Made by a program: the position numbers and the translations under genes. Below are positions 46,417 to 59,021 of a DNA stretch of 64,000 bases, piece after piece. The notes under the pieces were generated by a model. It saw only the letters and a program-made list of their open reading frames with translations. It did not search any database and was not told the DNA's origin. Numbering within the stretch: position 1 is the first letter of the stretch; each line of letters begins with the position of its first letter. The DNA comes from Candidatus Eiseniibacteriota bacterium (GTDB lineage Bacteria > Eisenbacteria > RBG-16-71-46): contig CAVUWA010000002.1 of NCBI GenBank assembly GCA_963744995.1, positions 96,001-160,000 on the forward strand. Reading direction: 5' to 3'.

Positions 46417-47994
46417 GTGCACGACATGGATTTCGATGGAAACCGCAGCCGGTTGGGCAGCGCCGTGAAGGCAGGAGCGCTTTCCGGAGACGGCAGCCCG
46501 GGCGCCAAACGGGTCAATGCCCTGCTCGTCTACCCCGCCTTCGCAGACACGTTCTGGGGTTTCCGGCACGCACTCAAGTTCGTCGGCCGGCGCGCCGCGT
46601 TGCCACCACTGGGCCTGGTCACCATCGCCGCTCTGTTGCCGCGCGCCTGGCATATCCGCGTCGCCGATACCAACGTGCGACCACTCTCCGCGGCCGACCT
46701 CGCGTGGGCCGACGTCGTCATGGTGAGCGCCATGAACGCGCAGAGTCGATCCGCGCACGAACTCCTCGCGCGCTGCCGGGCGGCCGGCAAGACCATCGTC
46801 GCCGGCGGCCCGCTCTTCGATGCGGACCAGACGGCGTTCCCGGAAGTCGACCACTTCGTGCTCGGCGAGGCCGAGGCGGTGCTCGCTTCGTTCCTGAAGG
46901 ACTTCGAGAACGGCCGCGCGAACCGAGTCTACCGCCCGACGGAACTGCCCGACCTGCACCAGACGCCGATCCCGCGGTGGGAACTGCTGAACCTCGCGCA
47001 CTATCATTCGCTGAGCGTGCAGTTCTCCCGCGGTTGCCCGTTCGATTGCGAATTCTGCGACGTCACCTCACGGTTCGGTCACCTGCCGCGCACCAAGTCC
47101 CCGGAGCAGATCGTGGCCGAACTGGACCTGCTCTACCGGCTCGGATGGCGCGGTTCGGTCTTTTTCGTGGACGACAACCTGATCGGCAACATGCGTGACC
47201 TCAAGGCCGGGTTGCTGCCCGCACTCATCCGCTGGCGCCAGGGCAAGCGTGGCATGCCGTTCTACACCGAGGCCTCGATCAACCTCGCGCGAGACGCGGC
47301 GCTGATGTCGTCCATGGTCGAAGCCGGCTTCGGCACGGTATTCATCGGCATCGAAACGCCGGAGGACGCCGGCCTGGCCGAGTGCAACAAGCGCCAGAAC
47401 CGCGGCCGCAACCTGATCGCCGACGTGCGCACGATCCAGCGCGCCGGCCTGCAGGTGATGGGCGGTTTCATCGTCGGGTTCGACAGCGACACGCCCATGG
47501 TGTTCCGGCGGATGAGCGAGTTCATCCAGTCGAGCGGCATCATCACCGCCATGGTCGGCCTGCTCAATGCGCCCAGTTCCACCCGCCTCTACGATCGCAT
47601 GAAGCAGGAGGGGCGGCTGCTCGGAGAGATGACGGGTGACAACACCGACGGCACCACCAACATCCAGCCGCGTATGGGACTCGAGGTGCTGCGCGAGGGT
47701 TATCGCAGCGTCCTCAAGAGCATCTACTCGCCGGGTCCCTACTACGCGCGCGTCCGCACCTTCCTGCGTGAGTTCCGGCCGGTCGGTCGGTGTGGCGTCG
47801 TGGTGGACTGGCGCCACATCCTGGCCCTGTTCTACTCCAGCGTGCGACTGGGGCTCGTCGGGCGCGAGCGCTTCCATTTTTGGGGCCTGCTGGGGTGGAC
47901 GTTGTTCCGCCGCCCGCGGCTCATCGCCGCGGCGGTGACCTTCGCGATCTACGGACATCACTTCGAGCGGGTTTCCAAAGCGCTCGACGTCTGA
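46417..47994 (+). CDS. B12-binding radical SAM protein with DUF4070-type C-terminus (HpnP-like family)
   Basis: GGAGG + GTG; PPLGL.T.AA.LP; GGP; SRGCPFDCEFC; F.VDDN..G; GFIVGFD.D; AIYGHHF. Confidence 0.9.
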   Translation: MHDMDFDGNRSRLGSAVKAGALSGDGSPGAKRVNALLVYPAFADTFWGFRHALKFVGRRAALPPLGLVTIAALLPRAWHIRVADTNVRPLSAADLAWADVVMVSAMNAQSRSAHELLARCRAAGKTIVAGGPLFDADQTAFPEVDHFVLGEAEAVLASFLKDFENGRANRVYRPTELPDLHQTPIPRWELLNLAHYHSLSVQFSRGCPFDCEFCDVTSRFGHLPRTKSPEQIVAELDLLYRLGWRGSVFFVDDNLIGNMRDLKAGLLPALIRWRQGKRGMPFYTEASINLARDAALMSSMVEAGFGTVFIGIETPEDAGLAECNKRQNRGRNLIADVRTIQRAGLQVMGGFIVGFDSDTPMVFRRMSEFIQSSGIITAMVGLLNAPSSTRLYDRMKQEGRLLGEMTGDNTDGTTNIQPRMGLEVLREGYRSVLKSIYSPGPYYARVRTFLREFRPVGRCGVVVDWRHILALFYSSVRLGLVGRERFHFWGLLGWTLFRRPRLIAAAVTFAIYGHHFERVSKALDV

Positions 47995-48024
47995 GCTGCT
48001 CCGGGCACGCGCGTTCGCACTCGA

Positions 48025-51000
48025 TCAGGGGGTCGGCCTCCCCAACGTGTGCACGGCCGATAGCGAAGCGGGTTCGGGGCCGGGGTCGCCCATGATCACT
48101 CGCACTCGATGCACTGCACCGTCATCGACGAGCGGGATCGCCCGGTGGTCGATCGCGGCGTCGTCCAGCCAGGCCTCCACGACGCCGCAGTTCCCGTGCC
48201 CGGGATTCACCACGGCGATCTCGTACAGGCTGCTTCCGTGGCGCCACCGCACGGCGAAACGGTCCCATGCGCCGGGAATGCACGGCTCGATGGCGAAGCA
48301 GCCACCGCGGCGCCTGATTCCAAGAATGGACTCGACAGCGAGCCGGTACATCCAGGCCGCCGAACCGGTGTACCAGGTCCAGCCGCCACGGCCGATGTGT
48401 GCGGGATGCGTGTAGACGTCCGCCGCCACGACGTAGGGCTCGACTTTGTAGCGCTCGACGTCGGCCGGGGTGCGGGCATGGTTGATCGGGTTCAGCATGT
48501 GGAACAGCTCGACCGCCTCGTCGCCGCTGCCCAGCTGCGCGATCGCCATCACCGTCCACAGCGCGGCGTGCGTGTACTGGCCGCCGTTCTCGCGCACGCC
48601 CGGCACGTAGCCCTTGATGTATCCGGGGTCGAGCGACGAATGGTCGAACGGTGGCGTGAGCAACTGGATCACGCCGGCGTGGCGCTGCACCAGTTGCATG
48701 CGAACGGCATCCATGGCGCGCTCGGCGCGGTCCCGCGGCGCGGCGCCGGACAGGACGGACCAGCTCTGCGAGATCGCATCGATCCTGCACTCCTGGGCCT
48801 GGGCGGAGCCGAGCGGGGTGCCGTCGTCGAAATAGGCGCGGCGATACCAGTCGCCATCCCAGGCCTGCTCGAGCATCGCTCCCATGCGCCTGCGCTCGCC
48901 ACGCCAGCGGGCGACGCGCTTCGTGTCGCCGCGTGCCGCCACGACCCTGGAGAAGTCGTGCAGAATCTTCGAGAGAAACCAGCCGAGCCACACGCTTTCC
49001 CCGTGGCCCAGGTGGCCCACCCGGTTCATGCCGTCGTTCCAGTCGCCGGTACCCATCAGCGGCAGACCGTGGGGGCCGACCGCGAGACACTGCTCGATGG
49101 CGCGGATGCAATGCTCGTAGAGCGTCCCGCTCTGGGTGGAGGTCCGAGGTTGCCCGTAGGCTTCCGGCTCGCCCGGCGAAAGCGGGGGCGCCTCCAGGAA
49201 GGCTACGGGGACGTCGAGCACGGCCTGATCGCCGGTGCACTTCAGGTAGTGGGCTACCGCGTAGGGGAGCCACAGCAGGTCGTCGGAGCAGCGGGTGCGT
49301 ACACCGCGGCCGTTGTGCTGATGCCACCAGTGTTGCACGTCGCCCTCGACGAACTGGCGGGCGGCGCAGCGCAGCAGATGTTCCCGGTAGAGATCCGGCC
49401 GAGCGAACCCGAGCGCCATCGAATCCTGGAGCTGATCGCGGAAGCCGTATGCACCGCCCGGCTGGAAGAAGCCGGTGCGGCCCCAGAGCCGCGAGCTCAC
49501 CGCCTGGTACAGCAGCCATCGGTTCACGATCAGGTCGAAGGAATCATCCGGGGTTTCGACCTGCACGGCGCCGAGCATCGCGTCCCAGCCCGCCTCGACC
49601 TGTTCGAGCGCCGTGCGCGCGGCCTCGATGCTGCCGAAGCGTTCCGCCAGCGCCAGCGCGTGCGCCTGCGTCTTGCCCTGGCCCAGCAGCAGCACGACGT
49701 CCCGCGTTGCGCCGGGTTCGAGATCGACCCGAACCTGAATGGCGGCGCACGGATCGAGGCTGGCGCCGAAGCGCCGTCCCAGCGACTCACGCGCGAGCGC
49801 GGCCGGGCGCCGCAACGAACCGTTCCTCCCCAGGAACTCGAGGCGGTCACCGGTCGCCGACGCGGGCATGACGCTCGAATGCACGAATGCCGTCTGCCCG
49901 GGGTAGTCCGAGTTGTAGGGATTGCGGGCCAGCACGGCGCCGGTTCCCGGATCCTGCTCGGTGACGACGAAGCGCTGTTCGCCCGCCCGCGGTGGGCACA
50001 GGGCCCATTCGTTGTAGGCGAACACGCTGAGGCGCCGGGTGTCCTTCGCGTGGTTGGTCAGCGAGATCCGCGTCAGCTTGAGGGGCTCCTCGGCGTGCAC
50101 GAACACTTCGAGTTCGCAGGTGATGCCGTGGGCGCGGTGAGCGTAGCGCGTGACGCCGGCACCGTGGCGCGTGACCCAGCGGCCGCTGTCGCGCTTGCGT
50201 GGCAGCGGCCCCGGGGTGGCGCCCCACACGTTCCCGGAGTCGTCGTCGCGCAGATAGATCGCTTCGCCGCTGAACTCGCCGACCGGGTCGTTCGTGAATG
50301 GCGTGAGGCGGTTCTCGCGGCTGTTCCCGGCCCAGGTCCAGGCGGCGCCCGTGGCGCCGACGACGGTGCCGAAGTGCGGGTTGGCGATCACGTTCACCCA
50401 CGGCTGTGGCGTGTCGGCGTTTCCCTCGAGGACGATCGCATACTCGCGTCCGCCGGCGGTGAAGCCCCCGAGCCCGTTGGCGTGGGTGAGCGCCGGAACC
50501 TCGACCTGGCGGGTGGGTTCCAACATGGGTGCAGCAGCGGGTGCCGGTCGTGTCGCCAGTGCAGGTGGCCAGTTCGGCTCGGGATAAGGCAGTCGGAGCT
50601 GGTCCGCCAGATCACCCTGTCCGCGGCCCAGCACCGCGCGCGCGGCCGCCATCAGGACCCCGCGCTGGGCCTCGGGCATGCCGTCGCCGCGCAGCAGGAA
50701 CACGCCTCCGGGCCGGTTCCTCCAGGCGGCCCATGCGCCCTTCTCGAGCAGGCCCTCGAGCTGCTCGTGCATCTCGTTCTGGTAGTTCACCGGGTGTTCG
50801 TTGAGGATGACGACGTCGGCGCTGAGGCCCTTCAGCCGCCAGTACTCCTGGGCGCGGAGCACCTGGTGTACCACTGACAGATCATGGTCTTGAATCACCT
50901 GCACGATCAGGATCGGAAAGTCGCCCGAGACGCCATTCGCCCACAGGCCGGATGGACCCAGCGTGTTGCCGGCGAGGTACGCCGGGTCCGCGCGCAGCGT

Positions 51001-54000
51001 CGCGTTGCACCACAGCGCTCGTGAGGCGAGCTGTTCGTAGAGCCGCGCCTCATCCGTGGAGATGCCCAGGTGACGCAGCCGCATCTGGGTCTGCGATGCG
51101 GAGAGGGCGAAGGTGCGGGCGGCGGAGGCGGGATCGTCGTACTTCTCCGCCAGGGCGATCGCCGCGTCACGGCTCGAGGCCACGCCGGTCGCGAACGCCA
51201 GACGCACGTGCCCGCCGGGTGCGATGCGCACGCGCCGGCGCAGGCTCAGGATCGGGTCGAGCACCGCTCCGGTGGTGCCCGAGAGCGCACGGCCGTCGAG
51301 GGCGACCGGGTTCTCCGGGGTGCATCCGCGACCGAGGAACCGGGCGCGGTCGGTTTCCCACTCGATGGCGCCGTGAACGCCCCCTTCGGCGCTCAGCACG
51401 TGCACCGCCCATGGGGCCGGTCCGTCAGGTGCACGCGGGCGCCGGCCGCACAGCAGCGCGGTGCACTCGGGACGATACTCGGTCTCGAGAAACAACTTGA
51501 GGAACGCCGGGTGAGCGAGATCGTCGGCGTGCGGTGCGAGCACGATCTCGACCAGGCTCGTGACCTCGATCTCGCGCAGCACGTCGCTGTGATTGACCAG
51601 AGAAAGCCGGCGCACCTCGACATCGTCCTCGGGAGAGACCGTGATCTCGAGCCGGGTCTCGATGCCGTCGTCCAGACGCTCGAACAGGGCCTCATCGGCG
51701 AGGAACGTCACCCGATAGCGCTCGGCCTCACGGCACACCGGCTGGTGGGTGGCCGACCACAACAGGCCGCTGCGCACGTCGCGCAGGTAGATGAACTGGC
51801 TGCCCGGATCGCAGGTCGGATCATCCCGCCGACGCGTCACCGCGCTTCCACGCCACGTGCTGGTTCCACCTCCGGCGTTGGTGACGATCGCGGTGTACTG
51901 CCCATTCGACAGGAAGTGGGTGTTGGGATAGAGCGTGTGCGGCGAACGATAGCGACGTGGCGAAGTCGCGGACGCGGGCGGCGCGAAGTGTGTCGACTCC
52001 GCGGGACGCGGTCGGATGACGGGCACGAATCGCGGCACGCGCTCCTGCAGCAGGGGCTCGGTCGCCTGCACGCGCGGATCCGAATGGAAGCGCCGCACCA
52101 TCGGGGCGCCGAGCACGGCGTTGGTGAGCGCGACCAGGCTCATGCCTTGATGATGGGCGAAGAACGCCTCGACGCGGTTGCATGCGGTGGCCGGGCCCGG
52201 CGTGCCCGGAGAGCCTTCACGCCGGCGCGGCGTGTAGTCGAGCGCTTCCTCGAATCCGAACCGGCCCACGGCACCCTCGCCGGCCAGTCGGCGGAAGTTG
52301 GCGGCGGCCGCCGCCGGGTCGACCAGAGCGGCGAGCGCCGTGGCATAGGGGGCCACCACCATGTCCTCGGCGAGCCCGCGCTTCAGCCCCAGGCCGGGAA
52401 CACCGAAGGCCCTGTAGAGATAGGTTCCGTGCGGATCCACCACGTGGTACGCGGATTCCGATATGCCCCATGGCACGTTCTGGCGCCGCCCGTATCGGAT
52501 TTGCGCGAGGACCGCCGCCCCGCAGGCGCTCTCGAGCAGAGTATCCGGATGACTGCGCAGCATCAGGAGCGGCATCAGGTACTCGAACATCGAACCGCTC
52601 CACGACACGAGCGTCGTGCACCCTTCCGCGCTCACCAGCGCACGCGAGAGCCGGAACCAGTGTTCCTGAGGCACCTGGCCACGGGCGATCGCGATGAAGC
52701 TCGCGAGCCGGGCCTCCGACGCCAGCAGATCGTAGTAGGAAGCATCGAGGCGCCCGGGGCCGTCGGCGTCCGCCAGGCGGTACCCGATCGAGAACACGCC
52801 GCGCGCGCGCTCGTAGAGAAACGTCCATTCGGTTGCGTCGGCGAGCCACTCGCTGCGCCGGGCGAGGGATTTCAGGCGCTCGCGCAGCGCACCGTCCTGG
52901 GACGGATGCGCGGCAGGCGGCGCGAGTTCCGTGTCGAGCGCCCGCCCCCATTCGGCCGCCTCGGCGGCGTCGGGATCGTCCGGCGCCGCGGCCGCGAACC
53001 GATCGAGTGCGGCGCGCAGATCCCCGGCATGGCGGGCCGCGGTCTCGAATCGTGCGCCCGCCGGCCCGCCCGCGTCGAGCACCGCGCGCAGGGCGTCCAG
53101 TTCGTCCCGCGCGGGTGCGAGGCCCGCCTGGTGCGACGCGGGGGCGCGGCGCTCGAGCGTTGCGAGCAGCTCGGACAGCACCCCTGCCGTATCGGCGGCA
53201 CCGGCGCACGTCCGTTCCCGGTCGTCAACACCCGTGGCCACTTCCCGCAGCCCCGCGGACAGCGTCATGAGCGCGCCCGCCAGATTGCCGCTGTCCACCG
53301 TGGACACGTAGCGCGGCGCCAGCGGGGTGAGGTGCTCCGAGTCGTACCAGTTGAGCAGGTGCCCGCGGTGGTGCTCGAGTGCCTCGACGGTCGTGAGCAT
53401 GCGGTCGATGCGGTCCGCGAGCCGGCCACCGTCGAGATAGCCCAGGTCGTGCGCGGCGAGGGTCGACAGCAGGCCCATGCCGATGTTGGTCGGGGACGTT
53501 CGGTGCGCGATGCGCAGTTCCGGTACGACCTGCACGTTGTCGGGTGGCAGCCAGTGGTCCTGCTCGGCGACGAACCGCTCGAAGTAGCGCCAGGTCCGGC
53601 GCGCGGTCCGACGCAGCTGTGCCGCGTCCTCCGCGTGCAGCTCGAGGCGCCGCGGAACCACCGGCCGGCTCAGCCACCAGGCCACCAGCGGCGAGGCCGA
53701 CCACGCCGCCAGGAACGGCAGCGCCACCGGCAGCGCGCCCGGCCGCACCAGCAGCAGCGCCAGGAGCCCCGCCACCGCGGCAGCCGGTCCCGCCCACATC
53801 TCGACGACGAACACCCATGGACCGCGGCGCGAGAGCGACCCTGCCGCGCGCGCCGTCGTGGCCGCGGCTGTTTCCCACTCGAGCAGCCGCCGTTGAATCA
53901 CGCCCATCCGAATCAGCGTCACCACGATGGCGTGCAGCGCCTCGTAGGCGTGGTAGGGGAGCAGTACGATCGCGAGCAGTGCCTGCGCGCCCGCCGTCTC

Positions 54001-56655
54001 GAGTTCCGCCCGCACGTCATGCAGGTACGCGCCGACCGGCTGCTGCGGACGCGGGCCACGCCCGAGGTGCACCAGCGGCGGCACCAGCGGAAAGCCCATG
54101 ACCGCGAGCGCGGCCAGGGTCCACGCCGGCGGTGAGCCGGGGAGCCAGGTCCACGCCGACGCCAGCCATGCGAGCAGCGACGGAGCTACCAGGCTGCGCC
54201 GCAGATTGTCGAGGATCTTCCAGCGGCTGATGAGCGGCAGACGGTTGCGCTCGAAGCCGTGCACCGCCGGCACCAGCGGCAGCAGATAGGCAAGGATCTG
54301 CCAGTCACCGCGCACCCAGCGATGCTGGCGCCGCGCATGCGCCAGCACGCTCGAAGGGAAGTCGTCGACCACCTCGATATCCGACACCAGTGCGCAGCGT
54401 GCGAACAGGCCCTCGAACAGGTCGTGCGAGAGCATTTCGTTCTCGGCCACACGACCTCTCAGCGCGGCGGTGAAGGCATCCACATCATATAGCCCCTTGC
54501 CGGTGAAGCTGCCCTCGCCGAACAGGTCCTGGTACGTATCGGACACCGCGGTGGTGTAGGGATCGACGCCGGTATGGCCCGCGTAGGCCCGGGCGAACAA
54601 CGACCCGGCGGCACCGGGCGCCGTGACGCTGACCCGCGGCTGGAGGATCCCGTAGCCCTCGACGACGCGCCGCAGTTCGGGGTCGAAGCGCGGGCGGTTG
54701 AGCGGATGCTCGATCACCCCGATCAACTGGCGCGCGGCGTCCCGCGGCAACCGGGTGTCGCTGTCGAGGGTGATGCAGTACCGGATATCCGGAAGAATTT
54801 CGGGTGCGCCCACCTGCTCGGTGAAGCTCGTATCACGGGCGCCTCGCAGCACGCGGTTGAATTCATCGATCTTGCCGCGCTTGCGTTCCCAACCCATCCA
54901 CACCCCTTCGCTGCCGTTCCAGCGGCGGGTCCGGTGAAACAGGTAGAAACGGTCCGCGGTACCCGGTGCATAGCGCGCGTTCAGCGCCTCGATCCCCGCG
55001 ATCGCGGTCGCGAGGATCTCATCCTCGCCGGGAAGATGCTCGGCCGCTGCATCCGGGAAGTCCGTGAGCAGCGCGAAGTGGATCCGTGGATCCATGTTGC
55101 CGAGGGCCCGCACCTCGAGGAGGTCGACCTGTGCCTGGGCGCCATCGCGAGAAGTGAGGAGCGTCGGCACGATGACCATGGTGCGAGCCGACTCGGGCAC
55201 GCCGCCGCGCAGGTCGAGTCGCGACAGCGCCCGCGGCGTCGCGAGCCGGTGGACGACGCGGTGCAGGAGTGCCACCGCCAGCTCGCTGGCGGGAATGAGC
55301 GCCAGCGCGCCCACGCATGCACACATCCAGATCGGCGCCTGTGCCGCCCATGCCGCCGTGACCGCGGCGGCCACCGCGAGCCCGGAGAGCAGGGCGACGG
55401 ACCCCAGGTAGATCGGTGTGGCGTTGTCGAAGAGCAGGCGCTTCAGCTGCTGCAGGGCCGGGGGGTGGTGCGTGACGTCGTGTTCGAGCTCCCCGCGGCC
55501 GCCCCCGATCAGGTGGTAGCCGACGTGTGCCGCCGGCGAGTCCACGCCCGACCGTTCCGCCGCCTGGCGCGCACTCTCCATGGCGCGCAGCGCGACCCTC
55601 ACCTGGGCCTCGCCCGTGGGGTCGGCCAGCGCCTCGACCGCGTGGCGGTAGCGATCGCGGCTGGAGAAATCCATGCGTCGGTAGACGTCGGGCGGATCGC
55701 GCTGCAGGATCTGCTCGATCAGGCTGACGCCCTCGACGTACTCGTTCCAATCGAGCGTGGCACAGACCCTGAGGCTCGTCGTGGAGTTGCCCATCGAGAG
55801 GTTGTTCATCGCCTGCCGCTGGTGCTCGGCACGGACCGCTTCTTCCACCGTGGTGCCGACGGCATCCAGCCGTTCCTCGAGCAGCTTCCTGAGCCCGGCG
55901 GCCCTGGCCCCGTACTCGCGCATGCGCTGCAACAGCTGGCTCACGAATGCAACGTGGAAGAACGGTGGAAGCGGCGGTCGCTGGCCGGCCGCGCGGGCGC
56001 TCTCCAGATCCACGAAGCAGCGATCGGCCTCCAGACGGCCGGCGCGGCCCTCGAGCATTTCTTCGGAGAGCCTGCGCAGGTGCTCGATCAGGGCGAGCTT
56101 GAGCATGCTGGGCCAGGCCCACAGCTCGCCGATCGTGAGGGGCGCGACGGTCTGAAACGCATGAATGAACCGGTTCAGGCGATGAGCGTCGAGTCGGGCG
56201 TCGCTGTAGCGGAGCAGCTCGACGGCCATGGCGTAGACGCGTGCGGTGCCGGCGAGCTCGCGCGTGGCGAGTTTCGGGAGTTCGCGGTAGTAGCGCGTCG
56301 GAAGGTGATGGCGGATCTCTCGGATCTCGCCTTCCACCAGGTGGAAGTTGTCGAGCAGCCACTCGGCTGCAGGTGCGATCGGCTCGCCGCGCCGAACGTC
56401 TCCGGCGAGCGTTCGATAGGCGTGACGGAGCACGCGCGTGTGGTCGGACAGGCGGCGCAGCAACCGGGGCGGCCCGCGCTGTGGATTGCGCGAGAGGGTG
56501 TATCCCGCGGCCAGCGCCCGGGCGCGCTCCTCGAGCCGCTCGACGCCGAGCAACTCGCCGTGAAGGGGGCTCGAATCGAGACCGATCAGCCGGGGGCGCG
56601 CGATGCCAGGTTGACCCGTCGCGGCGCGAGACCGCGGGTGGCGAGCGATGAACAA
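48025..56655 (-). CDS. ndvB: Cyclic beta-1,2-glucan synthase (Cgs/ChvB/NdvB; GT84 + glucoamylase-like + GH94 domains)
   Basis: 2876 aa; [85 protein letters not shown]. Confidence 0.95.
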   Translation of the reverse strand: MFIARHPRSRAATGQPGIARPRLIGLDSSPLHGELLGVERLEERARALAAGYTLSRNPQRGPPRLLRRLSDHTRVLRHAYRTLAGDVRRGEPIAPAAEWLLDNFHLVEGEIREIRHHLPTRYYRELPKLATRELAGTARVYAMAVELLRYSDARLDAHRLNRFIHAFQTVAPLTIGELWAWPSMLKLALIEHLRRLSEEMLEGRAGRLEADRCFVDLESARAAGQRPPLPPFFHVAFVSQLLQRMREYGARAAGLRKLLEERLDAVGTTVEEAVRAEHQRQAMNNLSMGNSTTSLRVCATLDWNEYVEGVSLIEQILQRDPPDVYRRMDFSSRDRYRHAVEALADPTGEAQVRVALRAMESARQAAERSGVDSPAAHVGYHLIGGGRGELEHDVTHHPPALQQLKRLLFDNATPIYLGSVALLSGLAVAAAVTAAWAAQAPIWMCACVGALALIPASELAVALLHRVVHRLATPRALSRLDLRGGVPESARTMVIVPTLLTSRDGAQAQVDLLEVRALGNMDPRIHFALLTDFPDAAAEHLPGEDEILATAIAGIEALNARYAPGTADRFYLFHRTRRWNGSEGVWMGWERKRGKIDEFNRVLRGARDTSFTEQVGAPEILPDIRYCITLDSDTRLPRDAARQLIGVIEHPLNRPRFDPELRRVVEGYGILQPRVSVTAPGAAGSLFARAYAGHTGVDPYTTAVSDTYQDLFGEGSFTGKGLYDVDAFTAALRGRVAENEMLSHDLFEGLFARCALVSDIEVVDDFPSSVLAHARRQHRWVRGDWQILAYLLPLVPAVHGFERNRLPLISRWKILDNLRRSLVAPSLLAWLASAWTWLPGSPPAWTLAALAVMGFPLVPPLVHLGRGPRPQQPVGAYLHDVRAELETAGAQALLAIVLLPYHAYEALHAIVVTLIRMGVIQRRLLEWETAAATTARAAGSLSRRGPWVFVVEMWAGPAAAVAGLLALLLVRPGALPVALPFLAAWSASPLVAWWLSRPVVPRRLELHAEDAAQLRRTARRTWRYFERFVAEQDHWLPPDNVQVVPELRIAHRTSPTNIGMGLLSTLAAHDLGYLDGGRLADRIDRMLTTVEALEHHRGHLLNWYDSEHLTPLAPRYVSTVDSGNLAGALMTLSAGLREVATGVDDRERTCAGAADTAGVLSELLATLERRAPASHQAGLAPARDELDALRAVLDAGGPAGARFETAARHAGDLRAALDRFAAAAPDDPDAAEAAEWGRALDTELAPPAAHPSQDGALRERLKSLARRSEWLADATEWTFLYERARGVFSIGYRLADADGPGRLDASYYDLLASEARLASFIAIARGQVPQEHWFRLSRALVSAEGCTTLVSWSGSMFEYLMPLLMLRSHPDTLLESACGAAVLAQIRYGRRQNVPWGISESAYHVVDPHGTYLYRAFGVPGLGLKRGLAEDMVVAPYATALAALVDPAAAAANFRRLAGEGAVGRFGFEEALDYTPRRREGSPGTPGPATACNRVEAFFAHHQGMSLVALTNAVLGAPMVRRFHSDPRVQATEPLLQERVPRFVPVIRPRPAESTHFAPPASATSPRRYRSPHTLYPNTHFLSNGQYTAIVTNAGGGTSTWRGSAVTRRRDDPTCDPGSQFIYLRDVRSGLLWSATHQPVCREAERYRVTFLADEALFERLDDGIETRLEITVSPEDDVEVRRLSLVNHSDVLREIEVTSLVEIVLAPHADDLAHPAFLKLFLETEYRPECTALLCGRRPRAPDGPAPWAVHVLSAEGGVHGAIEWETDRARFLGRGCTPENPVALDGRALSGTTGAVLDPILSLRRRVRIAPGGHVRLAFATGVASSRDAAIALAEKYDDPASAARTFALSASQTQMRLRHLGISTDEARLYEQLASRALWCNATLRADPAYLAGNTLGPSGLWANGVSGDFPILIVQVIQDHDLSVVHQVLRAQEYWRLKGLSADVVILNEHPVNYQNEMHEQLEGLLEKGAWAAWRNRPGGVFLLRGDGMPEAQRGVLMAAARAVLGRGQGDLADQLRLPYPEPNWPPALATRPAPAAAPMLEPTRQVEVPALTHANGLGGFTAGGREYAIVLEGNADTPQPWVNVIANPHFGTVVGATGAAWTWAGNSRENRLTPFTNDPVGEFSGEAIYLRDDDSGNVWGATPGPLPRKRDSGRWVTRHGAGVTRYAHRAHGITCELEVFVHAEEPLKLTRISLTNHAKDTRRLSVFAYNEWALCPPRAGEQRFVVTEQDPGTGAVLARNPYNSDYPGQTAFVHSSVMPASATGDRLEFLGRNGSLRRPAALARESLGRRFGASLDPCAAIQVRVDLEPGATRDVVLLLGQGKTQAHALALAERFGSIEAARTALEQVEAGWDAMLGAVQVETPDDSFDLIVNRWLLYQAVSSRLWGRTGFFQPGGAYGFRDQLQDSMALGFARPDLYREHLLRCAARQFVEGDVQHWWHQHNGRGVRTRCSDDLLWLPYAVAHYLKCTGDQAVLDVPVAFLEAPPLSPGEPEAYGQPRTSTQSGTLYEHCIRAIEQCLAVGPHGLPLMGTGDWNDGMNRVGHLGHGESVWLGWFLSKILHDFSRVVAARGDTKRVARWRGERRRMGAMLEQAWDGDWYRRAYFDDGTPLGSAQAQECRIDAISQSWSVLSGAAPRDRAERAMDAVRMQLVQRHAGVIQLLTPPFDHSSLDPGYIKGYVPGVRENGGQYTHAALWTVMAIAQLGSGDEAVELFHMLNPINHARTPADVERYKVEPYVVAADVYTHPAHIGRGGWTWYTGSAAWMYRLAVESILGIRRRGGCFAIEPCIPGAWDRFAVRWRHGSSLYEIAVVNPGHGNCGVVEAWLDDAAIDHRAIPLVDDGAVHRVRVIMGDPGPEPASLSAVHTLGRPTP

Positions 56656-57024
56656 GGAGCCAACCTTCTTTCCACTATGGATCGCGGAGCGCCCGCGACC
56701 CCAATCGAGGAACTCAGTCTAGCAGGGTTGACTGGCACGGACACTTGCCATGCGAGGAATGATTGCACAGGACGCAGCTGCCCGCGGGCGTGCGCGTACG
56801 AGGGCGTTGTGGGTGACGCGCAGGCGTCGCGCTCTCGCGCGGGTGGCCACGAGCCAGACGGCTTTCGTCGCACGTCCCGGTGATCGCGATGACGGCAGAG
56901 TGCTCATTCGAAGGCGATCCGCTCGCTGCCGCGCGTCACCTGCCCGTCGCTCCCGTTCGCCGGGCACGCGCCCCGGCGGCTCGTCGTCCGGGCAGGACAG
57001 GGCACGGACGACACGCTGCCCGCT

Positions 57025-57058
57025 TTGAACATTCTTCCACGAACGTGCGCACTTTTAC
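57025..57058. promoter_or_regulatory. Candidate paired UAS
   Basis: TTGAACATTCTTCCACGAACGTGCGCACTTTTAC, 142 bp upstream of the 57167 promoter. Confidence 0.65.
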
Positions 57059-57166
57059 GTCGTCGCCCGCCCATCGAAGTTCGCCCACGCCATCGCGCCG
57101 CCGCCGTCCGGCTCCATCGGTTGCCCCCGCATGGCGTTGGGCGGTCCGCGCGGGCCGTGAACGAGG

Positions 57167-57181
57167 TGGCATGAAACTGGC
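57167..57181 (+). promoter_or_regulatory. Sigma-54 promoter
   Basis: TGGCAT-GAAAC-TGGC. Confidence 0.65.
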
Positions 57182-57268
57182 GTTCTGCTCGCACGGGGCA
57201 GGGATGTCTGCGACGCGCGTCGAGGTGTCCAGGCCGTGACTCCGCCACCGGCGAGGAGGTGCGAAGCG

Positions 57269-57778
57269 ATGAAGGTCTTTCGAACCATGGTGCTGATGGC
57301 ACTCGCTCTCGCCGCCCCCGCTGCGGCTCAGGAATCAGGCGGCAGCCCGGTCGATCGATTCCTGATGGCGGCGCACCTGCCCACGGCTGCCCGCGAAGCC
57401 AGGTTCCTCGGCGTTCCGGAACGGGACCTGCAGACCCTCTTCGCGACGGCGCGCGAGCAGCGCATGCCGGCCGCGAACCTGGCCGAGTTGTTCAACGAAG
57501 AGAACGACGCGATCCGCCAGCATGGCCCCATCGACAATTTCGGCGCGTTCGTTCAGCAGCAGCTCCGGTCGGGCCTGCGTGGCCGCGATCTGGCGGCGGC
57601 CATCCGAGCCGAGCACGTTGCGCGCGGGATGGGAAAGGATCGCGCGGCGAAGATCTGGAGGCCGGACAAATCCGGCATGTCCAGCAGCAGCGATGATCAA
57701 GGACGCACGGACAGGGGCGGTGGTCCCGAAAGTCCCGGGAAATCGGGGAAGCAGGGCGGGAAGGGTGGAACGCGATGA
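57269..57778 (+). CDS. Secreted hypothetical helical protein
   Basis: AGGAGGT RBS; signal peptide AAA-Q; NFGAFV..L..GLRG..LAAAIRAEH; Gly/Lys-rich tail. Confidence 0.75.
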   Translation: MKVFRTMVLMALALAAPAAAQESGGSPVDRFLMAAHLPTAAREARFLGVPERDLQTLFATAREQRMPAANLAELFNEENDAIRQHGPIDNFGAFVQQQLRSGLRGRDLAAAIRAEHVARGMGKDRAAKIWRPDKSGMSSSSDDQGRTDRGGGPESPGKSGKQGGKGGTR

Positions 57779-58104
57779 GCACGCGCTCGATTCGCACACT
57801 GGCGTTGGCCGCCCTGACGGTCGCGATGACCCTGCTTGCGTGGGGCTGTGCGCAGTCACCTTCCGCCGGAAAATCGGCGCATGCGGTGAACGCAGAACAG
57901 AATGATGCGACACCGTCGGTCGACAGAGCCCGCGAAGCGGCGCAGATGGTCGTAGCCATCGAGAAGGAGCCGAGGCGCATGGCGGAGGTTCTCGAAGCGC
58001 ACGGCATGAAACGGGAGACGTTCGAAGAACTGCTCCTCAATATCGCTCAGGATCCCGAGCTGACTGAGGTCTACGAAACGGCCAGAATCGCCTCGTCGCG
58101 CTGA
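57775..58104 (+). CDS. Hypothetical lipoprotein
   Basis: ATGA overlap with the upstream gene; lipobox AWGC; helical acidic domain. Confidence 0.75.
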   Translation: MSTRSIRTLALAALTVAMTLLAWGCAQSPSAGKSAHAVNAEQNDATPSVDRAREAAQMVVAIEKEPRRMAEVLEAHGMKRETFEELLLNIAQDPELTEVYETARIASSR

Positions 58105-58232
58105 GCGCCGCGGAGGTTCACTCGTGCGTCATGCTGAACCCGCGCGAGGGCGGCCGGGACGACGAACGTTCGTACGAAGGCGAGGGCCGGCAACGCCGGC
58201 AGCGTCGGACCGACAGCAAGGAGAACGATGCC

Positions 58233-58913
58233 ATGCGAAGAACTCTGTGCTTCACGGTTGCCGCCGCGTTGCTGCTGGCCGCGCTGGCGGGCGTGACCGG
58301 CTGTGCGTCCATGAACAAGACCACCCAGGGCGCCGTCATCGGCGGTGTGGCGGGCGGCGTCGCCGGCGGAGTGATCGGCAACCAGACCGGCTCGACCGCG
58401 CGCGGCGCAATCATCGGTGCGGTGCTGGGCGGGGCGGCCGGCGCGATCATCGGTCACCAGATGGACGTGCGGGCGAAGGAGCTCGAGCAGGAAATCCCGG
58501 GCGCGACGATCACGCGCGTCGGGGAGGGAATTGCGGTGACGTTCCCCTCCGGGCTTCTGTTTGATTTCGATTCCGCCGTCATCCGGGCCAGCGCCGCCTC
58601 GAACCTGGACAAGCTGGCGACGCACCTGAACAAATACGACGACTCCAACCTGATGATCGTCGGTCACACCGACGCGGTGGGGAGTTCCCAGTACAACCAG
58701 GGCCTCTCGGAGCGGCGCGCCGACTCTGCGGCACGTTATCTGAGGGCACAGGGAGTCACCCGTAACATCGCGACGGCCGGGCTCGGGGAGCGTGAGCCCC
58801 TCGCGTCGAACGACACCGAGGGCGGCCGCCAGCTCAACCGGCGCATCGAGGTGGCGATCTACGCGAGCGCGGCGCTTCAGGAGCAGGCCAGGCAGCAGGC
58901 GGCAGGGCGCTGA
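58233..58913 (+). CDS. OmpA-family lipoprotein with glycine zipper (YiaD-like)
   Basis: Lipobox VTGC; GAVIGG..GG zipper; LLFDFDS; GHTDAVG...N..LSERRA; NRRIEV. Confidence 0.93.
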   Translation: MRRTLCFTVAAALLLAALAGVTGCASMNKTTQGAVIGGVAGGVAGGVIGNQTGSTARGAIIGAVLGGAAGAIIGHQMDVRAKELEQEIPGATITRVGEGIAVTFPSGLLFDFDSAVIRASAASNLDKLATHLNKYDDSNLMIVGHTDAVGSSQYNQGLSERRADSAARYLRAQGVTRNIATAGLGEREPLASNDTEGGRQLNRRIEVAIYASAALQEQARQQAAGR

Positions 58914-59021
58914 AACGATGCCATCGGACCGGTGCCCGCTCCGTTGCGGCGGGCGCCGGTCCATTCGCTGCAACGGCGATCCACGCCGCCGCGGCTTCGT
59001 TCCATCATCATGAGGTATGAC

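Noticed and set aside
46417..47994. RiPP maturase or hpnP assignment for the radical SAM gene
   Set aside because: No precursor peptide, SPASM domain or hopanoid genes nearby; the substrate cannot be inferred.
56733..56750. TGGCACGGACACTTGCCA, a sigma-54-like sequence on both strands upstream of the glucan synthase
   Set aside because: The spacing is GG-N11-GC in both directions, and sigma-54 needs N10. It may be a TGGCA-N8-TGCCA operator, but nothing else supports that.
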